Shown here piece after piece: positions 38,250 through 52,156 of a stretch of DNA of 64,000 nucleotides. The stretch is from Camelus dromedarius (Eukaryota): positions 53,942,001 through 54,006,000 of the forward strand of contig NC_087436.1 of NCBI RefSeq assembly GCF_036321535.1, read 5' to 3'. The notes beneath the pieces are model-generated. The model had not been told where the DNA came from. It made no database searches and worked only from the letters and a program-made list of their open reading frames with translations. Each line of letters opens with the position of its first letter. The stretch's first letter is position 1. A program made the position numbers and the translations under genes.

Positions 38250-39835
38250 GCCATTACAGTTTAATATACTATTTATTTAGTTATGAATATGGACAGCCTA
38301 TATTGCAACATTACAGATATCTTTCAAAACCTATAATAAAATAGAGCCCACTATCCAGCCCAGGAGAGGACAGTAAACAAGACCATTCTGACAGAGTAGC
38401 ATTAAGCACTCACAGTATTAGTCCCGTTCTTGGACATCAAAGGGAACAGCCAAAAGGTTCTTTACCTCCACTGGGATGTTAACTTTCTTGAATTATAGCT
38501 GTTTCAGAGTCAAAAGTCCAGCTTCGGTCAGTCCGTTGAGATGTGCAGCATCTCACAGAGAGGAAGGAGCCCATCTTACCTTTCGGCCAGTAGTGGTCAG
38601 ACTTGGGCATGGGAAGAGGCAGGTATGTCACAGGGGGTTTTGGTTACTTTACAAAGATTGTGTCCTAAAGCTCTAAAAACCCATTTGGTGGTGGTAGTGG
38701 CAGTGAAGAGTATATACTACATTTTGCCAGGGAGGTCTTCTCATCTCGAGCCTTGGCACTGTCACCTTTTCTGAGAGCCTTGAAGACAGACTGCAGTTCT
38801 CTGTGGGAAGTGGAGGTGGGGAACTAACAGCTACTGGTATGAGGCCATGTGCAGAGTGAACTGGACTGGCTACTATGGCTTTTATAACCTGCTTTCTTTA
38901 GATGAACATTTCTTAATATTTTTTGTAAGTCCTGCTAGTTCTAATATAAGATTTAAAGAGGCAATGACCGGGAAAACATCTTACTTTCAAGCTGAATGAT
39001 GAAAAACCGGGGGAAAAAATCCATTCTCCAATGAGCTATACTCAGTTTTCTGAGTTGAAAGCAAATGCCAAGTGACTTTTAAAGACAAGTGTTGGACAAT
39101 GATGATTAATTGATGGAAGAAATTCTGAGGTCAAACTGTACATACAGCAGAATCAAAAATACAGACAAAAAAAGATGTACTAGTGTAACATTCTTCAACC
39201 CCTTAGTTTCATGCTGAAAACCACCAATGTTTTCAACATCAGGCTACTGATGACTGGCAATTTCAAGCATCTACATAGGAAGGAGGAGAAACCATAGGGT
39301 AAAGAGTGAGAGCATTGGATTTTATTTAACTCTAGGTACCATGGTTTGACATTAGTAGGTAAGACTAATGAATGAGCAGCCATACAGATTTTTTGGTCAC
39401 TGTGCTTTCCAAGCACCAATAAATGGAGCTATTTTTACTAGTCAATGCCGTCTTTAATAAGCTAGTCAGCTTCTGCTGCATTCTTGTTTCTAATTTACCA
39501 GTACATTATTATGTAGTTTACCCAGGATGAGGAGCAAGTCATTATGTAGTACCGAGTTTACATCATCATAGGACTACAACATGCACGTTCTACTCAATGT
39601 AGCTCAAGCAACAGGAATACAAGAAAACAGTTATTAGTGGACACTCGTTTTGACAAATTCATGTGCACGCTAACAATGGGTTTAGAAATCTTATTGGGCA
39701 GGTACCTCCAGCAGTTCTTCAATTGGTATTGGAACATTACACGCATGCACAAGTGATATGGAAGAGGATGAAGCAGAAGAGGCAGCTGGATGGAGGACGA
39801 AAGGGAATCAGAAATGTATTAGGGAGGGGCCGTTC
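38250..39835 (-). other. RAP1GDS1: RAP1GDS1 3' UTR (end approximate)
   Basis: AT-rich sequence with no recognisable interspersed repeat, from the stop codon to minus-strand AATAAA/ATTAAA. Confidence 0.65.
38260..38277 (-). terminator. Polyadenylation signals of RAP1GDS1
   Basis: Plus-strand tttatt 38272-38277 (AATAAA on minus) and tttaat 38260-38265 (ATTAAA), followed on the minus strand by a TTTG-rich element. A more proximal AATAAA lies at 39321-39326. Confidence 0.65.
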
Positions 39836-39963
39836 TCAGCTTTCCACAGCCAGTCTCTGCTCTGTGAGAGAGGCCTGCTGAGCAACGCTTTTGTTCTCAT
39901 GACTGCGAAGTTTGGATACAACATCCAGAAAGGCCAGATCTTGTACTTCCTTGTGCAGAGGTT
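39836..39963 (-). CDS. RAP1GDS1: RAP1GDS1 terminal coding exon with stop
   Basis: ttccag|AA CCT CTG...GAA AGC TGA; (E)PLHKEVQDLAFLDVVSKLRSHENKSVAQQASLTEQRLAVES*. Confidence 0.95.
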
Positions 39964-40614
39964 CTGGAAGACAGAAACCGGGTAACAAATATGCTTCTAC
40001 TAGGCTGTTCTAATCTTACTATATACTCTATCCAAAATGCTTATTTAGATGATGCTGAGTTATAAAACTAGGACCAATTCTGGAAGAAGACGCAGCAATA
40101 GCCTAGAAATGTCATCTTTAGAGATATCTTAGGATAAAAAAAAAAATCAGAGACCCATTACTTGCCACAGTTATATAAAACTAAATCAGATGTCAATCAA
40201 GTTCTATAAGGTTGATTAAGGTAGTGAGTTATAATTAAACACAGCACAGTGTATGATCTCAGGGTTCAGCAATGTACCCCTTGACCCTACCATCAGTTTC
40301 ATCAGTTCAGATATGAAGTTCAATACTTAGATCTGTTTCAGATTAATTAATTTTGTGGCAAATAAAATGGTTATACTCCACATCCTTTCAACAAATTTGT
40401 GTGAAAGCAGGCTCCTTTTTTAGATTTCCTATCTTCCTCGTTTTGGTTTTCTTGCTCTATTTAACCTTAATTACAGTAAAATACAGGGCTGCTTTTAAGA
40501 CTCTGAGAAGTGATATATGGGAAGACTTAAGTCTAATAACTTTAATGTAATCAGCGTCCAACTGATGTGTGTATTTTGATAAGACTGAGGAATAAAACCA
40601 GAACTACTGTTTTT

Positions 40615-43400
40615 AGCAGAAATAGAAAAATTCATCCTAAAATTCCATCCTTAAGATGGAATCTCAAGGCATTCTTGGATATCCAAAACAATCTTGAAAA
40701 AGAACAAAGTTGGAGGTCCCACTTCCTAATTTCAAAACTTACTACAAAGCTACAGTAATCAATCAAAACAGTGTGGTGCTGGTATAAAGACAGACTGACA
40801 GAATAGAAAGCACAGAAATATATAATCAAATAATTTCAACAAGGATGTCAAGACCATTCAATGAGAAAAGGACAGTCTTTTCAACAAATGGTGCTGGTAA
40901 CATCCACAAGAAAAAAAATGAGGTTGGACCCTTATCTTACAACACAAACAAAAATTAACTCAAAATAGACCAAAGACCTAAACATAACTAAAAGATTCTA
41001 AAAAAAAAAAAAAAACTTAGCAGAAAACTTTGAGATTAGGTTCAGTAGTGATTTCTTGGATATGTAACAAAAGGAGAAACAGATAAACTGGACTTCATCA
41101 GAACTAAAACTTCTGTGTATCCAGACACAATCAACAGAGTGAAAAGGCAACTCTTGGAACAGAAGCAAATATGTGCAAATCACATATATATCCAATAAGG
41201 ATTTAACATACAGAACATATAAAGAACTTTTCCAACTCAGAGAACACCTGATTGAAAAAACAAAGGACTTAACATTTCTCCAAAGAAGACAAGATATACA
41301 AATGGCCAATGAGCACACAGGAAGATCCCCAACATCATTAATCATTAGGGAAATGCAAATCAAAACACAGTATGATACTACCTGACACCCACTGGGATAG
41401 CTATTATCAAAACAGAAAATAATATTAGTGAGGATGTAGAGACTAGAACCCATGTGCACTTCTGGTGGGAATGTAAAATGGTGCAGCCACTGTGGAAAAC
41501 AGTACAGTGGTTCCTCAAAAAATTAAACAGAACTACTGTATGATCCAGCAAATCCACTTCTGTTTACATATGCAAAATAACTGAAAGCAGGGACTTGAAC
41601 AGGTATTTGTGTACCCATGTTCATAGTGGCATTATCCACTATAGCCAAAAGGTGATAATAGCCCAAATGTCCATTGATGGGTGAATGGATAAACAAAATA
41701 TTTTTTCATTCAGCCTTAAAAGAAATGGAATTCTGACACATGCTGCAACATGGATGAAGACAGTATGCTAAGTGAAGTAAGCCACACACAAAAGGACAAA
41801 TACTGTATGAGTCCACTTACATGGGGTACCAAGAGTAGTCAAACTCATAGAGACAGAAAATAAAATGGTAGATGCCAAAAGCTGGGGATACGGGTGATTA
41901 GGGAGTTATTGTTTAAAGAGTACAGAATTTCAGTTTGGAAATAAGAAAAAGGTCTGGAAATGGATGGTGAGGAGAGTTGCACAATGATAGTAAGAGACTT
42001 AACCATTTTTAAGTGTATAGGTCAGTGCATTAAGATCACAAATTATATGTATATTTTACATTAAAAAATGCTTGAACGATTACGAATATGCTTGAAACAA
42101 GTAAGAAAAACTGAGTTTCAGCAAGGAAAGAGAAAATGTAAAGAAGAGAGTAGACTGAAAACTATTTTACCTGAAATAGAAAACTCGAGAGGCTCAACAA
42201 CAGAATGGAGAAGAAACAATCAATGGACTTAAAGACAGAGCAACAGAAATTAATCTGGACAGAGATAATAAACTGGAAAAAAAAATGAAAAGCCTCAGTC
42301 ACCTGTGCTATATAACTACAGATCTCACATTTGTGTCATTAGAGGTCTCCAAGGAGAAGAGAAATAGGGTGGGACTGAAAAAGTACCTGGAGAAATATGG
42401 TTAAAAACTTTCCAAATTTAGCAAAAGACATGAGCCTACATATTCAAGAAGCTGAGCAAAACTTAAATGGATAATCCCAAAGAGATGCATGCCAAGACAC
42501 ATCATAGTCAAACTTCTGAAAACTAAAGAAAGGAAAAAATCTTGAAGCAGAAATGACACCTTGCCTACAGGGGAACGACAAATAGGGAGACAGTGGATTT
42601 CTCTCAAGAAGCCATGGAGGCCAGAAGAAAGTGGTACAGCATTTTTCAAGTTTTGAGGAAAAGAACTGTCAACCTAGAGTTCTAACACAGAATATTTTTC
42701 AGAAATGAAGAACAAATCTACATATCCTGAAAGAGAATGAATAAGTGAAGGAATAATAAAGGAAATGAGAATTTGTCACAAGCAGATCTCACCTAAAACA
42801 ATGGCTAAAGGAAGTTCTCTAAACAGAAAGGGAATGTTTAAAAAAAAGAAACTTGTAACATCAGAAAGAAAGAACAGATACAGCAAAGATGTAGATAAAT
42901 ACAGTACTTTTTCCTTATCTCAAGAGTTCTCTGGATTATGTTTGATGGTTGAAAACAAAAATGGTAACATTATTTAATGTGGTTCTAAATGTATACAAAG
43001 GAAATATTACTAATTTGAAACCCTTTGCACCCCTATGTTCACTGCAGCAATATTCACAAAAGCCAAGATATGGAAGCAACCTAAGTGTCCATGAATGGAT
43101 AAAGACACTGTCGTTTATTTATACAATGGAGTATTAGTCAGCCATAAAAAAGAATGAAATCTTGCCACTTGCAACAATATGGCTGGACGTCGAAGGCAGT
43201 ATGCTAAGTGAAGTAAGTGAGACAGAACAAGACAAATACCATATGATCTCTTGTATATGTGGAATCTAAAAATCAAAAACCAAGCTCACAGATACAGAAA
43301 ATAGACTGGTGGTTGCAAGAGGCAGGGGGTGGGAGTAGAAGAAATGTATAAACTATTTTTTCTTTTAGTTTAAATAAATTGAATAAAGATTTTATACAAT
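40615..43400 (+). mobile_element. Cluster of old LINE-1 fragments (ORF2 3' end/3' UTR ~40615-42070, ORF1-like ~42080-42990, 3' end ~43020-43400)
   Basis: Degenerate L1 peptides ([18 protein letters not shown]) and L1 3' UTR motifs; boundaries approximate. Confidence 0.85.
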
Positions 43401-44368
43401 GATCATTTAAAAAAACCTCAAAATAGTAAATTATTTTTGCTTACTGATTAAACACCACACAAACCTTTTGTTTCCCATTACTCCAATTTGAGTTTCATAT
43501 CACAGTAACAAAAAACTTACTGGTAAATTAGTATTTCTATTTTTCTCTAACTGTGCATTATTTTAAAAAATGGCTCTGGAAAAATCCACATAATACCCCA
43601 AGAAAAATCTTCCCTAACTAAAGATTTAACACAAGAGTATCTTGACCATTTATTGGTCAATCTGAGAATGGAAAAACTCTTTGTGAAGGAGAATTTTATC
43701 ATTCAATGGGTTGCCCAAGCAGGATTTGTGGAAAATATCAGAAATCTCCTCAAAGAATACAAGCAAAGCAGAGCTTACTGGGGCGCTGGTCGGCATAGAG
43801 CACAAACACTACCTAGGGCAGTGTAGACAGAGCCACACCAGCAACATCTGAAAAGATGACGGGTGCCTCAAGCCAAGGGCTTCCAGGATTACAATTCCTT
43901 TGTCAAAGTGGACCCTGCTGCAAAGACAGATGCATCAAGCCACCATGACCTGATGCCACTACACAGTCCATTCATTTAACTCCTTGTTCTGGTCAAAGCT
44001 CATCAAGCAACCCTCGATGCCTGTCTGCCCTGCGGGAGTCAGTGCACCAGACATGTGCATGGGGGGTGTTCTGAGATCAGGGGCAGTCATACTTCTCATT
44101 ATAAATGAGTAAACTACCATTCTGGTTTTGTACTTGGATACGGTGAGCCCACCCCAGGAGACAGGTCCACCTTTATTTAGTGTGTGCACAAAATGAGGCA
44201 TGTGAACCTGCTCAGTTGACAGCTGAACCTCAGGCCTTGGTGAAAGCACCAAGCCACTTAGGAACCCAACCCCACCCACCAAGACTTAGTTCCAGAAGTG
44301 CTTTCCCGAAACTGCCCTCTACTGCCCACAACTGTAGTTGTCACCATCACCTTGAAAATGCCTGTCCC

Positions 44369-47318
44369 AGGAAAATGGAGAAATTACAACAAACAAAATA
44401 GAAATACAGAATATCATACGAGAATATTATGAAAAACTATATGGAACCAAACTGGATAACCTAGAGGAGATGGACAAGTTTCTGGAAACATACTGTCCAC
44501 CAAAACTGAATCAAGAAGAATCTGAACACTTGAACAATCCGATCACTAGAAAGGAAATAGAAATAGCAATTAAAAACATCCCTACAAATAAAAGTCCAGG
44601 ACCGGACAGCTTCACCGGGGAATTCTACCAAACATACAAAGAAGAACTCATACCAGTCCTTCTCAAACTCTTCCAGACGACTGAAAAGGAGGGAATACTC
44701 CCAAACTCATTCTATGAAGCCACCATCACCCTGATACCAAAACCAGGCAAAGACACTACAAAAAAAGAGAATTATAGGCCAATATCACTGATGAACATAG
44801 ATGCCAAAATCCTCACCAAAATTTTAGCAAATAGAATCCAACAACACATAAAAAAGATTATACATCATGACTAAGTGGGGTTCATCCCAGGGACACAAGG
44901 CTGGTTCCACATACGCAAATCAATGTAATACATCACATCAACAAGAGAAAGGACAAAAACCACATGATCATCTCAATCGATGCAGAAAAAGAATTTGATA
45001 AAATTCAACACCCATTTATGATAAAAACTCTCGCCAAAGTGGGTATAGAGGGAACATATCTCAACATAATAAAAGCTATATATGACAGACCTACAGCCAG
45101 CATAGTACTCAACAGTGAAAAACTCAAAAGCTTCCCACTAAAATCTGGGACAAGACAAGGATGCCCACTATCACCACTCCTATTCAACATAGTCCTGGAA
45201 GTCCTAGCCACAGCAGTCAGGCAAGAGAAAGAAATAAAAGGGATCCAAATTGGAAAAGAAGAGGTAAAAGTGTCATTATATGCTGATGACATGTTACTAT
45301 ATATAGAAAACCCTAAAAGGTCCACACAAAAGCTACTAGAGCTGATTGAAGAATTCAGCAAGGTAGCAGGTTACAAAATTAACGTTCAAAAATCAGTTGC
45401 ATTTCTTTACACTAACGATAAATCAACAGAAAAAGAAAGTAAAGAAACAATCCCCTTTAAAATAGCACCCAAAGTAATAAAATATCTGGGAATGAATCTA
45501 ACCGAGGTGAAAGAATTATACACAGAAAACTATAAACCACTGATGAAGGAAATTAAAGAAGACTTTAAAAAATGGAAAGATATCCCATGCTCTTGGATTG
45601 GAAGAATCAATATTGTTAAAATGGTCACACTGCCCAAGGCAATCTACAGATTTAATGCAATCCCTATCCAATTACCCAGGACATATTTCACAGAACTAGA
45701 AAAAATCATAATAAAATTTATATGGAACCATCAAAGACCTAGAATTGCCAAAGCATTACTGAAGAGAAAGAAAGGCTGGAGGAATAACTCTCCCAGACTT
45801 CAGACAATACTATAGAGCTACAGTCATCAAGACAGCATGGTATTGGTACCAAAACAGACATATAGACCAATGGAACAGAATAGAGAGCCCAGAAATGAAC
45901 CCACAAACTTTTGGTCAACTCATCTTCGACAAAGGAGGCAAGAATATACAATGGAATAAAGACAGTCTCTTCAGCAAATGGTGTTGGGAAAACTGGACAG
46001 CAGCATGTAAAACAATGAAGCTAGAACACTCCCTTACACCATATACAAAAATCAACTCAAAATGGATTAAAGACCTAAACATAAGACAAGATACAATAAA
46101 CCTCCTAGAGGAAAACATAGGCAAAACATTATCTGACATACATTTCAAAAATTTTCTCCTAGAAGAAATAAAAGCAAGAATAAACAAATGGGACCTAATG
46201 AAACTTACAAGCTTCTGCACAGCAAAGGAAACCAGAAGTAAAACAAGAAGAAAACCTACGGAATGGGAGAAAATTTTTGCAAGTGAAACCAACAAAGGCT
46301 TGATCTCCAGAATATATAAGCAGCTCATACGACTCAATAAGAAAAAAAAATAAACAACCCAATCCAAAAATGGGCAGAAGACCTAAACAAGCAATTCTCC
46401 AAGGAAGACATACAAATGATCAAAAAGCACATGAAAAAATGCTCAATATCACTAATTATCAGAGAAATGCAAATCAAAACTACAATGAGGTATCACCTCA
46501 CACCAGTCAGAATGGCCATCATTCAAAAATCCACAAATGACAAATGCTGGAGAGGCTGTGGAGAAAAGGGAACCCTCCTACACTGCTGGTGGGAATGCAG
46601 TTTGGTGCAGCCACTGTGGAAAACAGTATGGAGATTCCTCAAAAGACTAGGAATAGACTTACCATATGACCTAGGAATCCCGCTCCTGGGCATATATTCA
46701 GAAGGAATCCTACTTCAGGATGACACCTGCACCCCAATGTTCATAGCAGCACTATCTGCAATAGCCAAGACATGGAGACAGCCCAACTGTCCATCAACAG
46801 AAGACTGGATAAAGAAGAGGTGGTATATTTATACAATGGAATACTACTCAGCCATAAAAACCGACAACATAATGCCATTTGCAGCAACATGGATGCTCCT
46901 GGAGACTGTCATTCTAAGTAAGCCAGAAAGAGAAAGGAAAATACCATATGAGATCGCTCATATGTGGAATCTAAAAAACAAAAACAAAAACAAACAAACA
47001 AACAAAAACAAAGAGTAAATACAGGACAGAAATAGACTCACAGACAGAGAATACAGACTTGTGGTTACCAGGGGGGGTGTAGGGTGGGAAGGGATAGACT
47101 GGGATTTCAAAATTGTAGAATAGATAAACAAGATTACACTGTATATCACAGGGAAATATACACAAAATGTTATAACTCACAGAGAAAAAATGTGACACTG
47201 AGTGTGTTTATGTTGATGAATGACTGAAAAATTGTGCTGAACACTGGAATTTGACATAACATTGTAAAATGATTATAAATCAATAAAAATTGTTAAAAAA
47301 AAAAAAAAAAAAAGAAAA
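44369..47318 (+). mobile_element. Young 5'-truncated LINE-1 (ORF2 RT and C-terminal region, 3' UTR, poly-A); inactive
   Basis: ORF2 peptides ([32 protein letters not shown] at 45279-45290, CWRGC...HCWWEC); premature TAA at 44872 plus frameshifts; poly-A tail; perfect 15-bp TSD GAAAATGCCTGTCCC at 44354-44368 and 47319-47333. Confidence 0.97.
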
Positions 47319-47499
47319 GAAAATGCCTGTCCCTAACAAACGGGACCATTCATGTTCATCACTCCTCACCCAGCACCACTGCACTGTCCCTGCTTATTTC
47401 CTTCACAGCCTTGGCTTCCTCATCTAACAAATGGTAATAATAATAATGATAACCAACTTTGTGGACGAAATCACACAACTGTTAAGCAAAAAAAAGGTG

Positions 47500-48010
47500 A
47501 GGGATGACAGAGTGGAGTCAAAAACATGACCCAACAATATGCTGCCTACACTTCAAATTGAATGATACAGCAGACTGAAACTGAAAGGGAAGAAAAAGAT
47601 ATGTGAATTTTACTCAAAAGAAAGTAGAAGTAGCTAAATTAATATCAGACAATGTAGACTTCAGAGCAAAGTACCAGAGACAGGGAGGAACATTACATAA
47701 TGATAGAAAGGTCAATCCACTAGGAGGGCACAGTGACCCTAAAGGGTGTATGTACCTATCAACAGAGCTGCAAAACATGAAGCAAGAATCTGATAGAACT
47801 GAAGGGAGATACAGACAAATCAACAATTGTAGCTGGAGACTTCAACACCCCTCTCTCAAAAACTGACAGAACCAGTAGAAAATCAGCAAGAATACAGAAA
47901 ACACTAGTATCAAACAAAAGGATCTAATTGACATTTATAGAACTCACCACTTGATAACAGCAGGATATATGTTCTTTTCAAGTGTCCACGGAACATATAC
48001 CAAGATATGC
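47500..48010 (+). mobile_element. Old LINE-1 fragment (ORF2 endonuclease region)
   Basis: gacccaacaatatgctgcctaca...ggagacttcaacacccctctctca, resembling the L1 endonuclease GDFN region. Confidence 0.75.
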
Positions 48011-48176
48011 CAATGAGTTCTTGAACAAATTCCTTAGTTAATATCATGGTATACAAAATCAGAACTTGTTCTTTATATAAAATAATATTTTAGGGTTAAT
48101 GAAACTTAAAGGTAAACTTTTTTAACATTGATTTTTGTTTGCTATATAATACTTTCTATTATTAAGAATCTTTTTT

Positions 48177-48295
48177 GGGGGGTGGTAATAGCTCAGTGGA
48201 AGAGTACCTGCCTAGCATACAGGAGGCCTGGGCTCAATCCCCAAGACCACCACTAAAAATAAATAAACCTAATTACCCCCTCCCCCCCCACCAAA
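48177..48295 (+). mobile_element. tRNA-derived SINE
   Basis: atagctcagtggaagag...gggctcaatcccca...aaataaataaacctaattaccccctcccc. Confidence 0.85.
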
Positions 48296-48448
48296 ATCCT
48301 TGGCGAATATTTGCAAGATAAAAGGAATCCTGTATCTCCCATAAACTAATTTCTAATGCCTTTTAAACCCAAAGCAACCATTATTATTATTTTATATTTA
48401 ATGTCAACTGTACGTTGATGAATATCAAATGACAGAAGAAATACTTAC

Positions 48449-48577
48449 CAGACCCCATGAGAGCACAGATCAGGACCATGGAATTGTATTTGATTTCAGG
48501 AGCACTTCTCTCATCTGCTAGCAGTCTGTGTAAAATCTGTACAAGTTTGGCACTTTCTAGATCCTTCTCAGCAGTGC
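48449..48577 (-). CDS. RAP1GDS1: RAP1GDS1 coding exon (probably exon 14), 129 nt
   Basis: ttccag|GC ACT GCT...GGG TCT G|gtaagt; (G)TAEKDLESAKLVQILHRLLADERSAPEIKYNSMVLICALMGS. Confidence 0.95.
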
Positions 48578-49049
48578 CTGGAACATGAAACAATTAAAGT
48601 ATCAGTTACATCCACTGTGTATGAACCTGATACAATCTGGCTAAATACTGCTTCCCTTTCTAGAAGCTGACCATGTGAAACCTTCCAAAAGGGACTGATA
48701 ATAATAATGACGTAGATAAAGAGTATTAAATTCAGGCCTTGTTAAAAGGGTAGATAGATCTAAATTTCAATAGACATTTCAGGAGATTGGGCTTCAAATT
48801 CAATATTAAAATATTCCTTTAAATATGAGGCAATTAACCTCTATTACGAAAACTGTTAAACATACAAAAGAAGAAGAAGATGATATGATACACTTTGTCA
48901 CCATCTTCAAAAATTATCATGGCCAATCTTGTTTCCTCTGTCTCTAGTCTTATCCATCTACTCTCACCCATCCCAAATTATTTTGGAGCAAATCCTACAA
49001 ATCACATAATTTCCCCCATGTGTATTTTAGTATGTATCTTTGAGATAAG

Positions 49050-50495
49050 GTCTCTGCAATTCCCATCAAAATCCCAATAGGATTTTCTATAGAAAACAGG
49101 CATGTACTACAATTTATATGGAAAGCCACTGGCCCTAGAAAAGGTAAAAAAAAAAAAAAAAGATCTTGATAAAGAAGAATAAAGTGGGAGGAATTCCTCT
49201 ACAAGGTATGAAGGCTCACTGGACAGCTACAGTTAACAAGACGGTGCCAAACAGGTGGAGAGACAGGTAGGCTCATAGGTCAAAGGAACTGAAAGAAGAC
49301 CCGACAAACAGACCCTCTACAGACTTTAGACAGAGGTACAACATCAGATCAGTGGAGGAAAGACAGCCTTTTCAATGAATGGTGCTGGAGCAATTATATA
49401 ACCATAGACAAAACACAAAAAAACGATGCCTGACCTAAACCTCACATCTTATATAGATATTAACTCAAAAAGGATCACAGACTTAAATGTAAAATATAAG
49501 ACTATAAGCCTTTTAGAATTCTCAAAACTCAATAGTTAAAAAAAAATGGAAAATGGGCAAAAGACATAAATAGGCATTCACCAAGGAATATATACAGATG
49601 GCAAATAAGTATATGAAAAAATGTTCAACATCATTAGCCATTAGAAAAATGGAAATTAAAATGAGGTATCACTACATAGCTATGAGAATGGCTAAAATTT
49701 TAAAAAATAGTGACAATACTAAATATTGGTGAAGATACAGAGAAAACGAGATCACTTATACAGCACTGGTGGGAATGAAAAATGCTACAGCCGTTCTGTA
49801 AAACAGTTTGTCAGTTTCCTAAAAGATCAAACATGCAGTTACCATACCATCGAGAAGTTATCTTGTAACTCCTAGGCATTCTTTAGAGAAATGAAAATTT
49901 ATGTTTACACAAAATCCTATACATGAATGTTCACTGCAGCTTTATTTTTAAGTCCCAAAGTGGAATCAGCCCAGATGTCCTTCAATAAGTGGAAGGTTAA
50001 ACTAACTGCAGTACATACATATCACAAAATACTATTCAGAAAGGAGAAGGAGTGAACAATTGATACATAAAACAAATCAGTAACTCTTTAGGAAATTATT
50101 CTGAGGAAAAGAAGCCAATTCAAAAAGGTCAAATACTGTATAATATTTTTGAAATGAAAACATTTTAGAAATGAAGGGCAGATTGGTAGTTTCCAGGGAT
50201 TAGAAACAAGGAAGGGGGAGGTGGATGAGTGTGGTTGTAAGTGGAGGATCCTTGTGGTATTAGAACTATTCAGATATACCTCCACGGGTGATAAAACTAT
50301 GAACTTTTAAACACATATGAGTACAAGTATAACTCGGCAAGTCTGTCTGAATAAGATAGGTAAATTGTATTAGTGGTTGAGATGTTACACATATGTTTTG
50401 TAAAATATTACCATTGGGAAAAGCTGGGCAGAGTGTATAAAGGATCTTTCTATATTATTTTTTATAACTGTATGTGAATCTACAATTAATAAAAA
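49050..50495 (+). mobile_element. Old LINE-1 (L1MC/MD-like) fragment
   Basis: Degenerate ORF2 3' end and 3' UTR ending in tacaattaataaaa. Confidence 0.8.
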
Positions 50496-52156
50496 TATAT
50501 AAGGACTCAAAATACTGCTCTAATATTTTCATCATACACAAAATTTATAATTCCTTAATCATATCCAACAGCTGGTAAGGATGCAAGTTGGAGAAGTATG
50601 ATTTTCAAAGTGCACTATACATTAAAAAGGTAGTATGGCCTTATTTTTAAATCTTAGGCTCAAGGAGCCTAGGAAACATGAGGTAACAACAACAAATGTG
50701 ATTATGTATTGTCAGTTCCATGGTAAGGTGACCAGACCCAGGCAAATACTCAGCTATCAGGAAGCCTGTTTAGGAGACACTAGTTATGAAGGGCATAAAA
50801 CCAGATTTCCCCTAGGATGGGAGGCCAAGGATGTTCTGAAATTGCTTTATCACTTTAAGCCATTTAAAAAAATCAAGCCCTGAACCCAATTTGGTATTCA
50901 ATGTTCTCACCAACTCTCACCTCTTCATCACAGCTCCCCCCACTTAAAGGTGTCTGGACTTCAGGACCGACATCCATAATCTCCCCAAACCATGAGATAA
51001 ATCACCGAGTAGGCCAAGACTCGGACTGACCTCTGCAGCATCTCTAACCTGAATCAGTGACCAAAGTCACATACATTTTCTTGAAGTCTTTTATCTTTAA
51101 AATTCAAGAAAATTTTAAATCCTACTTATTTTTTTTTAAAGTGTAAGTTGTTTAAAAATTTATAACCCTTTAAGAGGACAAAAATTCATATCTCTCATAC
51201 CTGAAATCTGAGAGTGACAGAGTAAATCTGACAGTGGAGGAAAATATACCTTGTTTATCTTTTGGCTCCTGGGGATAAGAGTTGGTGGGTCCACTTGCCC
51301 CAGTGCGAAGATTATGCACATAAATCACCAATGGGAATTGAGGTGATCAGTTAGCAGTATTTACCCAAATGGCTCTGAACTGAATAGGACACGCCTAAGT
51401 CTATAGTCCTCTTCTGTGTAAGGCAGCCTGAGGCCTTTCCACAGGCTATGGGACTCTGATTGTCCCCAGCTGACTGTATCAGAGGTTGGTTCCTGAGACA
51501 AAGTTCCTACCCATAAGCTAAGATGCCTATAAGCTAGCTTATCCTGAAGAATTCTGACCAACAGAGATGCTACTGATAGAGAGAAAAGGACTGAATCATT
51601 CAGACTTTGCTTTGGGGGAATTCTGAATGTAAAGTATACAGAAGAGTGACATAGAAGGTGAGAATTTAGAATGAAGGCAATGCTATGAAGCAACAGAAAC
51701 CACAGTGACAGGGAGGAGGATATGAGCAAAAGAAAGAATGAGTAGTAGATACGGCAGCAAAGGTCTGGGTGTCTGGAAGGGCAGCAAACTCTAAACTTGA
51801 TTTTGTATTCTATGTATTTTTTTATTTCTCCATGAGGCCTTCTGAAAATGTTTTCTGTATTTCCTAAGTGCCTATAATTTGAGATAACATTTAAAAGAGT
51901 CAAACTAACCTTAAAAAAAAAAGGAGTCAAACTAACCTTAAAGTACTGCCCTAAAAATATTACCTAAAGAACCACCAAAAGGGACAGCTGTGGTGATGCT
52001 CTGTAGAATATGATTTTCCATATACTCAGATACGGGTACAGACACACTGGCAAAATGCATACAGTCAAGGTTCTGTCTGACCTCTGTTCCACTCCTGTGC
52101 TTCCTTTCATCCAAAATAAAAATAGGAAAAAACAAGTCTGTCACTGGGGTACTTAC

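Noticed and set aside
44470..47018. Functional reverse transcriptase gene or novel RT system
   Set aside because: Ordinary LINE-1 ORF2, 5'-truncated (no ORF1, promoter or endonuclease), with a nonsense codon and frameshifts.
51361..51930. 189-aa minus-strand ORF in a RAP1GDS1 intron
   Set aside because: TTG start, low-complexity hydrophobic composition, no similarity to SmgGDS or anything I recognise.
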